Made by a program: the position numbers and the translations under genes
Notes under the pieces: generated by a model
Database searches by the model: none
What the model was told of the DNA's origin: nothing
Seen by the model: only the letters and a program-made list of their open reading frames with translations
Shown: positions 55,315 through 63,548 of the stretch, one piece after another
Numbering within the stretch: the first letter of the stretch is position 1
Layout: each line of letters begins with the position of its first letter
From: a virus
Lineage: Duplodnaviria > Caudoviricetes
Strand: one strand, 5' to 3'
Length of the DNA stretch: 64,000 nt
Virus record (IMG/VR): IMGVR_UViG_3300034374_009547

Positions 55315-55505
55315 AAGTTGCAAAAAATATGATTCTGATAAAGGGCAATCATAGTATGGCGTTTAGTGTAAGACGCCGCAAGGAGTTGGTTGAAATTGAC
55401 TTTTACAAAGACACTTACAAATATCTTACACAAAAATTATCTCTTGACGAAGGCTCTGTTGTATACTATAATGCTATTGAACTAGGCTACAAAGAGGCAT
55501 TCTAA
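55311..55505 (+). CDS. Hypothetical protein
   Basis: Coupled at both ends. Confidence 0.5.
   Translation: MKVAKNMILIKGNHSMAFSVRRRKELVEIDFYKDTYKYLTQKLSLDEGSVVYYNAIELGYKEAF
55444..55472 (+). promoter_or_regulatory. Sigma70-like promoter TTGACG-N17-TATAAT
   Basis: Exact spacing; upstream of RNase H. Confidence 0.65.
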
Positions 55506-56482
55506 TGACATACATTCTTATTGACACTGCTAACACATTTTTCCGTGCTCGACACGTTGTACGTGGAGACATTGATACTAAAGTTGGCATGGCAATGCAC
55601 ATCACCCTTAACAGCATTAAGAAAGCATGGCAGGACTTCAACGGTTCGCACGTTGTTTTCTGCTTAGAAGGACGCAGTTGGCGTAAGGACTTTTATGAGC
55701 CTTACAAGCGCAATCGCAAAGAAGCACGTGATGCACTTACTCCACGTGAAGCAGAAGAAGATAAAGTGTTTTGGGAAATCTTTGATGAGTTTAAAGAGTT
55801 TGTTACAGACAAGACTAACTGCACCGTTTTGCATAATCCTGTACTAGAAGCAGATGATTTGATTGCAGGTTGGATACAAAATCATCCTAACGATGACCAT
55901 GTTATTATTAGTACAGATGGCGACTTTGCACAATTAATTGCACCCAATGTACGTCAATACAACGGTGTTAGTAATACTACTATTACACATGAAGGTTACT
56001 TTGATGACAAAGGTTCACCTGTATTAGATAAGAAAACTAAAGAACCTAAAGAAGCACCTAATCCAGCATTTATGTTGTTTGAGAAGTGTATGCGTGGTGA
56101 CACTAGTGACAATGTGTTTAGTGCATATCCTGGTGTTCGTAAAAAAGGCACAAAGAACAAAGTAGGATTGCAAGAAGCATTTGCAGATAAACAAACAAAA
56201 GGTTATAACTGGAACAATATGATGCTACAGCGTTGGGTAGATCACAAAGGTGTAGAACATCGTGTGCTGGATGATTATACACGCAATGTTACCTTGTGTG
56301 ACTTGACTGCACAGCCCGAACACATTAGACAAGAAATAAATAACACTATCCAATCAGCAGATAGCAAGAATGTATCACAAGTTGGTATGAGACTAATGAA
56401 GTTTTGTGCCCGTTGGGATCTTCAGCGTATTGCAGATAATGCTGCACAATATGCAGAACCATTACAAGCGAGGTATGAATGA
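55505..56482 (+). CDS. rnh: T4-type RNase H / 5'-3' flap exonuclease
   Basis: LIDTAN, WRKDFY..YK.NR, EADD, STDGD, GDTSDNV. Confidence 0.9.
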   Translation: MTYILIDTANTFFRARHVVRGDIDTKVGMAMHITLNSIKKAWQDFNGSHVVFCLEGRSWRKDFYEPYKRNRKEARDALTPREAEEDKVFWEIFDEFKEFVTDKTNCTVLHNPVLEADDLIAGWIQNHPNDDHVIISTDGDFAQLIAPNVRQYNGVSNTTITHEGYFDDKGSPVLDKKTKEPKEAPNPAFMLFEKCMRGDTSDNVFSAYPGVRKKGTKNKVGLQEAFADKQTKGYNWNNMMLQRWVDHKGVEHRVLDDYTRNVTLCDLTAQPEHIRQEINNTIQSADSKNVSQVGMRLMKFCARWDLQRIADNAAQYAEPLQARYE

Positions 56483-56952
56483 CAATAAAAGCAAAACCAG
56501 TTTTAGCAAATAAATTTTGGATTGTTGAAGAAGAAGGTGTGCGAATTGGTACACTTAGTAAAGAGGACGACGGCTTTGTTATTTCTAGCAAAGGTAAAGT
56601 AGATGTTTACAAATCAGAACACCAATTAAAAAAACAATTTGGTAAAAATTTCCTAATTGCTAACATTACAAATACCAACTCAAAACAAGAAAAAGAAGTT
56701 CACGGGTATCCTACTAGAAGTATTCCATATAATAGTATGTTTGACATTCAAAGAAAACTACCTCTTTTTACTAAAAGTGAAAAATCTAAGTCGGTATATT
56801 GTGCCGGTTATTATCTAGTAAAGTTTAATGTAAACTGGCTGAAAAGTTTTTGTCCTAAATTAATTACTATCGAACGTAATGACTTTATGGGTCCTTTTAA
56901 AACTGAATTAGAAATGAAAGTAGCATTAGCTAATGCCAACCGATCCAATTAA
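56479..56952 (+). CDS. Conserved phage hypothetical protein
   Basis: KS.YCAGYY...W..SFCPKLIT...GPFKT. Confidence 0.65.
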   Translation: MTIKAKPVLANKFWIVEEEGVRIGTLSKEDDGFVISSKGKVDVYKSEHQLKKQFGKNFLIANITNTNSKQEKEVHGYPTRSIPYNSMFDIQRKLPLFTKSEKSKSVYCAGYYLVKFNVNWLKSFCPKLITIERNDFMGPFKTELEMKVALANANRSN

Positions 56953-57178
56953 TACTAGCAGTATTCAGCAATTTTTTCAGCAGGTCAAGCAAGCAGAAGC
57001 AAGCAGAGCTAGAGAAGTTAAGTTAGATATTGTACAAGCTAAAAATCTTGCCTTTACTTTAGGAGAGGTAATGGCAAGATTAAATGGTGATTTAGAAAAA
57101 ATTATATCAGAACAAATAGAAAAACTTAATCAAGATCAAATAATAGAAATTAGTATGGACTCTGGGGAGTGGAAATAA
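56933..57178 (+). CDS. Hypothetical coiled-coil protein
   Basis: Short helical ORF ending DSGEWK. Confidence 0.6.
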   Translation: MPTDPINTSSIQQFFQQVKQAEASRAREVKLDIVQAKNLAFTLGEVMARLNGDLEKIISEQIEKLNQDQIIEISMDSGEWK

Positions 57179-57199
57179 ACTCCCTGTTAACTAAAAAGA

Positions 57200-57207
57200 G
57201 ATAAATA
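57200..57207 (+). promoter_or_regulatory. T4-late-like promoter GATAAATA
   Basis: Upstream of AAGGA RBS and ATG 57238. Confidence 0.55.
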
Positions 57208-57237
57208 TATGCGTAGTTTATATTAAAGGATACGCAT

Positions 57238-57519
57238 ATGAGCAGACCAAAGCCTACTATTAAATTAGAATATACTAACCCTGCAACTTACAAATGTGAG
57301 CAAGTTTTAGATGCTGAAGCAATTTGGGCAGTTTTCTACCAAGATAAACCTTTTAATCTAAAAAGCTCAAATTCTTTAACAAACTATCCTGGTCCTAAGT
57401 ATAAGAAAACAAGTTTTTCTAATCCTGGACATGCACATAATCTTGCAAAAAAACTTAATAGCATGTTTAAAACAGAAGATTTTAGTGTTTATAAACTAAC
57501 TTCTGGTGAAAAAATCTAA
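57238..57519 (+). CDS. Conserved phage hypothetical protein
   Basis: MSRPKP...YKKTSFSNPGHA.NLAKKLN. Confidence 0.65.
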   Translation: MSRPKPTIKLEYTNPATYKCEQVLDAEAIWAVFYQDKPFNLKSSNSLTNYPGPKYKKTSFSNPGHAHNLAKKLNSMFKTEDFSVYKLTSGEKI

Positions 57520-57905
57520 TGTCAAACAAACTAGTTTTTACAAAGTTGTTTTTACGTGAATTAGGACAAAGCACTAACGAACAAAATGTAAAAGCAATGA
57601 TGCCTTTATGGTGGTATAATACTAGAGACAAAAAAGTGGGTGGACTTAGACTTACACAAGAAGGCTTTGATGTAGTGCAAAAAATAGGATTAGCAACTTA
57701 TGATATACCATATCCTAGAGAAATGCCATTAACTACACAAGTAATTATTTTTTTAGATCAATTTATTGATTGTCCATATTACCTAACAAATAGAAGTATT
57801 ACGGTTACAAACGAACGTAAAGCAGTTGAACTTGGTTTGTTTAGTGGAGATTTGCGCAAATATGGATTAACAAAAGCAATGTCAAGATCAAAGGTTGACA
57901 AATAA
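57519..57905 (+). CDS. Conserved phage hypothetical protein
   Basis: TAATG coupling; GGLRLT.EG motif. Confidence 0.65.
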   Translation: MSNKLVFTKLFLRELGQSTNEQNVKAMMPLWWYNTRDKKVGGLRLTQEGFDVVQKIGLATYDIPYPREMPLTTQVIIFLDQFIDCPYYLTNRSITVTNERKAVELGLFSGDLRKYGLTKAMSRSKVDK

Positions 57906-57923
57906 ATTATTTCACGTTAATAT
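57895..57923 (+). promoter_or_regulatory. Sigma70-like promoter TTGACA-N17-TAATAT
   Basis: Exact spacing; -35 preceded by AAGG. Confidence 0.7.
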
Positions 57924-57954
57924 AATTTTATAGGGTAACAAAAAGGGCATCACT

Positions 57955-58488
57955 ATGCAAATCGATTATATAACTACAATGACTAAAGTAGGTCAACTTG
58001 TACGTAGAGAAGGGCATGATAAAAAACTTGCTTTAATTCCTGATGCAAACATTTCAAAAGAACTTCTTAAAGACAATCGAGGCAGAGTATACGCTATTGT
58101 AGTTGATGGGGAAATACACAAGCTAGGTGGATCACAAGCAAAAGGTGGTATTAAATCAACGTTTGATGCCTATTGTGGTGGTTATGCATTTGGTATGAGT
58201 GCAAGAACATATGCTGTATGGAATTATCTCACACAAAAAATAAATCAAGGTAAGTGTGTTGAAATTTATTGTGTATGGGCAGACGTTGTTACGGTTCCAG
58301 TACCCACAATGACAGGTACAGAAATGCAAACTATTCCTGTTGATTTTCATGCAATTGAGAAAAACTTTGTTGATGAGTATGTCGCAAAAGAAGGAAAGTA
58401 CCCTGAATTAAATATGCAAGAATCTGGTCGTAAATGGGAAGATACAGGCTTATTAGAAGGCTGGCCCGGTATGGGAAAAAAGTTTTAA
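57955..58488 (+). CDS. GIY-YIG-like endonuclease resembling T4 endonuclease II (DenA)
   Basis: RVYAIVVDGEIHKLG, G..VEIY, IEKNF...YPELNMQE parallel the EndoII motifs VIYAI..NDELVYIG, GSKVEFY, EE..F...PPWNIQH. Confidence 0.55.
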   Translation: MQIDYITTMTKVGQLVRREGHDKKLALIPDANISKELLKDNRGRVYAIVVDGEIHKLGGSQAKGGIKSTFDAYCGGYAFGMSARTYAVWNYLTQKINQGKCVEIYCVWADVVTVPVPTMTGTEMQTIPVDFHAIEKNFVDEYVAKEGKYPELNMQESGRKWEDTGLLEGWPGMGKKF

Positions 58489-58495
58489 AAAAAGG

Positions 58496-58524
58496 TTGAC
58501 AATCGATAAAACATATATTATATT
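58496..58524 (+). promoter_or_regulatory. Sigma70-like promoter TTGACA-N17-TATATT
   Basis: Exact spacing; preceded by an A-tract and AAGG. Confidence 0.7.
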
Positions 58525-58560
58525 ATATATATAGGGCAACAAGACAAAGAGGGTTACAAA

Positions 58561-58947
58561 ATGTCTTACACTTATGAAGATAACATTATTTCAGATCTAC
58601 ACAAAGATGCATATGGGTTCCGTCCTACACAGCGTTTCTTTGACGACTGGGCAGAGTACACACCTGCTGAGAAGCAAGAGTGCTGGGACATGCTTTGCGA
58701 GGAGATGGATCGCTCTATGAAAGAGCAAGCGGCTGCTGAAGCTGCTGCACTGGTAGAGTTCCGCAAGCAAGTTGCAGCAACTATGAAGTTCTGCGATTGT
58801 AACTGGAAAAAGGCAGTAGAGTTTCTTGCAGACGCAGAAGACGACGATATTGATTGTGATCAGTATTTTGACTACTTTCTTTGGAAACAAGGCATCGGTT
58901 ACAGCGACCGTGCTAAAATCCGTAAACTTTATAAAGAGGTTGACTAA
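58561..58947 (+). CDS. Conserved phage early hypothetical protein
   Basis: ISDLHKDAYGFRP motif; own promoter; visibly higher GC than neighbours. Confidence 0.65.
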   Translation: MSYTYEDNIISDLHKDAYGFRPTQRFFDDWAEYTPAEKQECWDMLCEEMDRSMKEQAAAEAAALVEFRKQVAATMKFCDCNWKKAVEFLADAEDDDIDCDQYFDYFLWKQGIGYSDRAKIRKLYKEVD

Positions 58948-58968
58948 CTTACAAATTGTTGCTAATAT
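58940..58968 (+). promoter_or_regulatory. Sigma70-like promoter TTGACT-N17-TAATAT
   Basis: Exact spacing; upstream of the AAA ATPase. Confidence 0.6.
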
Positions 58969-59002
58969 AAGATATAGCACTGATTAGAAAAGGAATACAA
59001 AA

Positions 59003-60085
59003 ATGGAAGTAACACGTACTCTAAGTCCAAACAAAGCGAAAATTGCAATTAAACATGCAATGAGTAAAAAACGTCCAATCTTTTTATGGGGTCCTCCTGG
59101 TATTGGTAAGTCTGATATTATTGCTCAAATTACAGATAGTTTGCCTAACTCACATTTGATCGATATTCGACTATCTCTTTGGGAGCCAACTGATATTAAA
59201 GGCATTCCATATTTTGATGCTAACCTGGGTAAAATGGTTTGGGGGTCTCCTAGTGAACTGCCAGACGAAGAATTTGCTGCACAATACGACAATATTGTTG
59301 TTTTCTTTGACGAAATGAACTCAGCTGCTCCTGCTGTACAAGCGGCAGCATATCAGTTAATTTTGAATCGTCGTGTAGGACAATATAAACTGCCAGACAA
59401 TGTTATCATTGTTGCTGCGGGTAACCGCGAATCAGACAAAGGCGTTACATATCGTATGCCTGCTCCGTTAGCAAACCGTTTTGTACACATTGAAATGGAA
59501 GTTAGCTTCGATGATTGGTTCCAATGGGCTGTTGATAACAATCAGCATAAAGACGTTGTTGGCTACATTACTTTTGCTAAAAAAGACTTGTATGATTTTG
59601 ATCCTCGTTCTCCAAGCCGTTCATTTGCAACTCCACGTAGTTGGGCATTTGTAAGTGAATTGCTAGATGATGAATTAGACGAATCAACTACAACAGATCT
59701 TGTTTCAGGTTCAGTTGGCGAAGGTACAGGTGTCAAGTTTATGGCTCACCGTAAAATTGCATCTAGCATGCCTAACCCAACAGATATTCTATCTGGTAAA
59801 GTAAAAGAGTTGAAAACTAAAGAAATCAGTGCTATGTATTCCTTAACCGTTTCACTCTGCTACGAACTTAAAGAATCATCAGATAGAAATGATTCCAAAT
59901 TTGACAAAAAAGTAAATAATTTCCTTCGTTTTGCGATGGATAATTTTGACACTGAACTTGTTGTAATGGGAATCAAACTTGCACTAACACAATATGCATT
60001 ACCTATTGATCCAGACGAAGTAGAATGCTTCGACGAATTCCATGATAGATATGGAAAGTATATCAAGGCTGCACAGGCTGCATAA
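59003..60085 (+). CDS. MoxR-like AAA+ ATPase
   Basis: GPPGIGKS, FFDEMN, AAGNR, PLANRF, TPRSW. Confidence 0.9.
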   Translation: MEVTRTLSPNKAKIAIKHAMSKKRPIFLWGPPGIGKSDIIAQITDSLPNSHLIDIRLSLWEPTDIKGIPYFDANLGKMVWGSPSELPDEEFAAQYDNIVVFFDEMNSAAPAVQAAAYQLILNRRVGQYKLPDNVIIVAAGNRESDKGVTYRMPAPLANRFVHIEMEVSFDDWFQWAVDNNQHKDVVGYITFAKKDLYDFDPRSPSRSFATPRSWAFVSELLDDELDESTTTDLVSGSVGEGTGVKFMAHRKIASSMPNPTDILSGKVKELKTKEISAMYSLTVSLCYELKESSDRNDSKFDKKVNNFLRFAMDNFDTELVVMGIKLALTQYALPIDPDEVECFDEFHDRYGKYIKAAQAA

Positions 60086-60092
60086 GGTGCAT

Positions 60093-60123
60093 AATGGGCA
60101 GTTTCGACTGCCCATTTTTTTTT
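60093..60123 (+). terminator. Rho-independent terminator with UUCG tetraloop
   Basis: AATGGGCAGT-TTCG-ACTGCCCATT followed by a T tract. Confidence 0.9.
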
Positions 60124-60130
60124 GAAAAGG

Positions 60131-60159
60131 TTGACATATTGTTTAAATATGTTATATTA
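60131..60159 (+). promoter_or_regulatory. Sigma70-like promoter TTGACA-N17-TATATT
   Basis: Exact spacing; preceded by AAAGG. Confidence 0.7.
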
Positions 60160-60185
60160 ATACTGAAACAACAAATGAGGATAAC

Positions 60186-61448
60186 ATGTCTGTAAAACAA
60201 ACGTCTAGTAAGCCAAAGAAAAATTGGCAACCTAATCCAGATATTACAGAAAATGAACTTGCTACAATGCGTGAAGAAGTACTTGATCGTATTATCATTG
60301 CACGAGTAGGTTTGTTACTTCGTCATCCGTTTTTTGGTAATATGGCAACTCGTTTGCGTATTATTGCAGCAGATGAATGGTGTCCTACTGCCGCAGTAGA
60401 CGGACGCAATCTTTATTTTAACACTCAGTTCTTTAATGCAATGGACAATAAAGAAATTGAGTTTGTTATTGCACATGAAATTCTGCATTGTGTTTACGGA
60501 CACTTAGACCGTCGTGAAGACAGAGATCCGCATTTGTATAATATTTCAGCTGATTATAAAGTCAACAATCTGCTAGTACGTGATCGCATTGGAACAAAAC
60601 CCAAACTTGTTGATTGTTTTCAAGACTTTCAATATGATGCAGATACATCAGAAGAAATTTATGATAAATTGTACGAGAAATATGACGAACAACAGCTAGA
60701 AGCACTAGGCGAATTGTTGGATGAACATATTGATTGGGAAGATAAAGGAGAGGACGACGGAAAAGGTCCTTCTAAATATAGTAAAGACGAACTTCGTAAA
60801 ATTAGAGACGAAATAAAAGATAGTATGCTTCAAGCAGCTCAATCTGCAGGTGCTGGCAATGTTCCAGGCGAAATTCAGCGCATGATTAAAGAGCTAACAG
60901 AACCTAAAATGAATTGGCGTGAGCTTATACGTTCACAAATTCAAAGCACTATCCGTAACGATTTTACATTCCAACGTCCTAACCGCAAAAGCTGGCATAC
61001 TGGTGCTATTCTGCCAGGTATGAACTTTCAAGAAACTATTGATATTTGTATTAGTTTAGATATGAGTGGTTCAATTGGCGATCCACAAGCACAAGACTTT
61101 TTAGGAGAAGTCAAAGGTATTATGGACGAGTTCAAAGACTACAAAATTAAAATCTGGTGTTTTGATACTAAAGTTTACAATGAACAAGACTTTAGTGCAG
61201 ATGGTGGTGATGAACTAACAGATTATGAAATTTTAGGCGGCGGTGGTACCGACTTTATGGTTAATTGGGAATATATGAAAGAAAATGACATCCAGCCTAA
61301 AAAGTTCATTATGTTTACAGACGGCTATGCTTGGGATAGTTGGGGTGACCCAGATTATTGCGATACTATTTTTATTATTCATAGTAACCACAATAAAAAT
61401 TTAGAAGGACCTTTTGGTATCACTGCACATTATGAGGAAGCTGCGTGA
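60186..61448 (+). CDS. DUF2201-type protein: HExxH metallopeptidase-like domain plus VWA domain
   Basis: TAAVDG, AHEILH, DMSGS (MIDAS), FDT, GGGGTDF. Confidence 0.85.
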   Translation: MSVKQTSSKPKKNWQPNPDITENELATMREEVLDRIIIARVGLLLRHPFFGNMATRLRIIAADEWCPTAAVDGRNLYFNTQFFNAMDNKEIEFVIAHEILHCVYGHLDRREDRDPHLYNISADYKVNNLLVRDRIGTKPKLVDCFQDFQYDADTSEEIYDKLYEKYDEQQLEALGELLDEHIDWEDKGEDDGKGPSKYSKDELRKIRDEIKDSMLQAAQSAGAGNVPGEIQRMIKELTEPKMNWRELIRSQIQSTIRNDFTFQRPNRKSWHTGAILPGMNFQETIDICISLDMSGSIGDPQAQDFLGEVKGIMDEFKDYKIKIWCFDTKVYNEQDFSADGGDELTDYEILGGGGTDFMVNWEYMKENDIQPKKFIMFTDGYAWDSWGDPDYCDTIFIIHSNHNKNLEGPFGITAHYEEAA

Positions 61449-61714
61449 AACTAAATGTTCTAGACATACTTGAAAAAAGGCGGGTAGATTTTTGTCCGCC
61501 TCATTTTTCAACTCATAGTATTAAAAGAGTTTACAACTTAGAAAAAGTTATTTGTCAGTGGATTAATGACCATTTAAGTGGTAGATACTACTTAGGCAAA
61601 AATATAAAACTAGATGGTAACAATGGAATTGAAGGCATCTACACAATAGGATTTGAGAATCCTAAAGAATTAAGTTTCTTTATGTTGGCTTGTCCACATT
61701 TGAAATATAATTAA
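61445..61714 (+). CDS. Hypothetical protein
   Basis: GTGA overlap; IGFE.PKELSFF.L motif. Confidence 0.6.
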   Translation: MKLNVLDILEKRRVDFCPPHFSTHSIKRVYNLEKVICQWINDHLSGRYYLGKNIKLDGNNGIEGIYTIGFENPKELSFFMLACPHLKYN

Positions 61715-61753
61715 AAAAATCAGTATATATATAATATAGGAGTTAATTAAAAT

Positions 61754-62017
61754 ATGGCTGAACAAACACAATCTAATCCAAACGAACTAAACATTCAAGA
61801 TTTGGTTTTGGCAAGAGCAGTAATTGAGCTTGCTACTGAACGCGGCACATTTAAAGCAAATGAACTTGCAAGTGTTGGAGCATTATATAATAAACTTGAT
61901 GCTTTCTTAAAAGAAGTTGAAGCACAAGCAAAAGCAGCACAAGAAGGTGCAGCAGCAGCGGCGGCACAACCGCCAGAAACCCCAGAGCCAGCTACAGAGG
62001 CTGCAGAAGGAGCATAA
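61754..62017 (+). CDS. Hypothetical protein
   Basis: AGGAG RBS; RGTFKANE...VG.LYNKL motif. Confidence 0.65.
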   Translation: MAEQTQSNPNELNIQDLVLARAVIELATERGTFKANELASVGALYNKLDAFLKEVEAQAKAAQEGAAAAAAQPPETPEPATEAAEGA

Positions 62018-62018
62018 A

Positions 62019-62648
62019 ATGGCATTAAAACATGTAGGTAGGGTAAAAAATAACCGCCGAAAAGTTGTAGTAGCATATAGAGTAGTTCCAGGTGATCCTG
62101 ATCACTGCCTAGTTGTACAAACTGAAAATTTATCTGCAGACGAGCACGATGCTCTTATTCGTGTAGTGGAATCAGCAGCAGGACAAGAGGCATATGAATT
62201 TGGCGAAGCAATGTCAAGATCATACTTGCCTGATGGCCGCAATATGTTAGCAGGATTTCATACAACTGGTAAATTAAACAAATTACCAACAAACGTTATC
62301 GAAATGGTACCTAATAATAATACTATTATTAGTCTTGACGAACTTAACAAGACTATTGCAGAACAAAAAGGTGTAACCGTTGCCGATTTAGCACTTAAAG
62401 GACCAACAGGAGAAACTACTCAACCTCCTGAAAATGTTACCGAAGCACCTGTTAATCCGCAAGAACTTTATACTGAACCAACTTCCACAACAGATGGAGT
62501 TTTGACAAATGAAGAACTAGCAGCACAATACAGATCGCAAGCAGATGCTTTATTTAAAGAAGCAAAAGCGTTGAGAGAACAAGCTGAATCTCTTGTTCCC
62601 ACAAAAAAGAAGGTAACAAAAAAGAGTGTCGAATCAGCTGAAACCTGA
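62019..62648 (+). CDS. Conserved phage hypothetical protein
   Basis: AAGGAG RBS; MALKHVGR start at 62019. Confidence 0.65.
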   Translation: MALKHVGRVKNNRRKVVVAYRVVPGDPDHCLVVQTENLSADEHDALIRVVESAAGQEAYEFGEAMSRSYLPDGRNMLAGFHTTGKLNKLPTNVIEMVPNNNTIISLDELNKTIAEQKGVTVADLALKGPTGETTQPPENVTEAPVNPQELYTEPTSTTDGVLTNEELAAQYRSQADALFKEAKALREQAESLVPTKKKVTKKSVESAET

Positions 62649-62931
62649 ACAAACCGACGAATATTGGGAGGAAATATTTAACTCCGTAACTATGGATTAC
62701 CTCCCTTTAGAATATATTAAATGTATTATTGTTAAATTTGAAGATGGCAAGATTTGGGAAATTGATATTAAGCAATCTAAAAAAGAGTCGGTAGATATTG
62801 AAAAGACATTGGACGATTTTTTTCAAGAATTTGAACAAAAAATAACCGATGTAGATTTTAGACTTAACACTGAAGCACTAAAAAAAGACATTGGTCGTCG
62901 AACAAAACGTTTTTTAAAATTAAATAAATGA
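62626..62931 (+). CDS. Hypothetical protein
   Basis: GTG start; acidic. Confidence 0.6.
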   Translation: MSNQLKPEQTDEYWEEIFNSVTMDYLPLEYIKCIIVKFEDGKIWEIDIKQSKKESVDIEKTLDDFFQEFEQKITDVDFRLNTEALKKDIGRRTKRFLKLNK

Positions 62932-63497
62932 TGTTAAAAACTTTAGATATAGATATTGATTACGGCTTAATTACCCAAGAATACAAAAAGCTAGAAGTTG
63001 ATAGACTTCTAAATGAAGCTAATCATTTAAAACAAATAGCAATACAATGTAGAAAAGAAACTTCCGCAACAGATCAATTGTATGAAAGTTGCGGAAGTTT
63101 ATTTTTTGATTGGACCAAATACGATGGCAACGGTGAAGTACCGTTAAGAGAAGACAGAATCGACGAAACGGATATTACTGAAACTTGTGACTATTTTGTT
63201 GGTTCATACTTTGAAGATATAATTGAAAAAATAAAATTAAAATACGGTTATCAATTATATAGAGGACGTTTTTTAAAAAGTTTACATAAAACTTGTCTAA
63301 CATATCACACAGATCCAAGTCCAAGATTACATATTCCAATATACACCAATGAAAATTGCATGATGATTGTTAATGACAATGTAATAAGACTACCTTTTGG
63401 AAATACTTATGTAGTAGATACAACACTTCCACATACAGCATTAAACGCTAGTAAATATACTCGTGTACACTTGGTATTCTGTCTCGACAAGTTTTAA
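62928..63497 (+). CDS. Aspartyl/asparaginyl beta-hydroxylase-like 2OG-Fe(II) oxygenase
   Basis: CLTYHTD...RLHIPI.TN...DT..PHTA.N....R.HLV. Confidence 0.75.
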   Translation: MMLKTLDIDIDYGLITQEYKKLEVDRLLNEANHLKQIAIQCRKETSATDQLYESCGSLFFDWTKYDGNGEVPLREDRIDETDITETCDYFVGSYFEDIIEKIKLKYGYQLYRGRFLKSLHKTCLTYHTDPSPRLHIPIYTNENCMMIVNDNVIRLPFGNTYVVDTTLPHTALNASKYTRVHLVFCLDKF

Positions 63498-63513
63498 TGT
63501 TTTATCATAAAGT

Positions 63514-63521
63514 GATAAATA
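63514..63521 (+). promoter_or_regulatory. T4-late-like promoter GATAAATA
   Basis: Upstream of AGGAG RBS and ATG 63549. Confidence 0.6.
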
Positions 63522-63548
63522 TATAAAACATTACCTAGGAGAGAATAA

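Noticed and set aside
57164-57184. GGGAGT...ACTCCC hairpin at the end of the 56933 ORF
   Set aside because: Short stem overlapping coding sequence with no good U tract; weak terminator at best
63501-63519. TTTATCA-N5-TGATAAA palindrome and a 12-mer TATCATAAAGTG shared with 16752-16763
   Set aside because: Half of it is the late promoter itself, and a single 12-mer match in AT-rich DNA is plausible by chance; no third copy noticed
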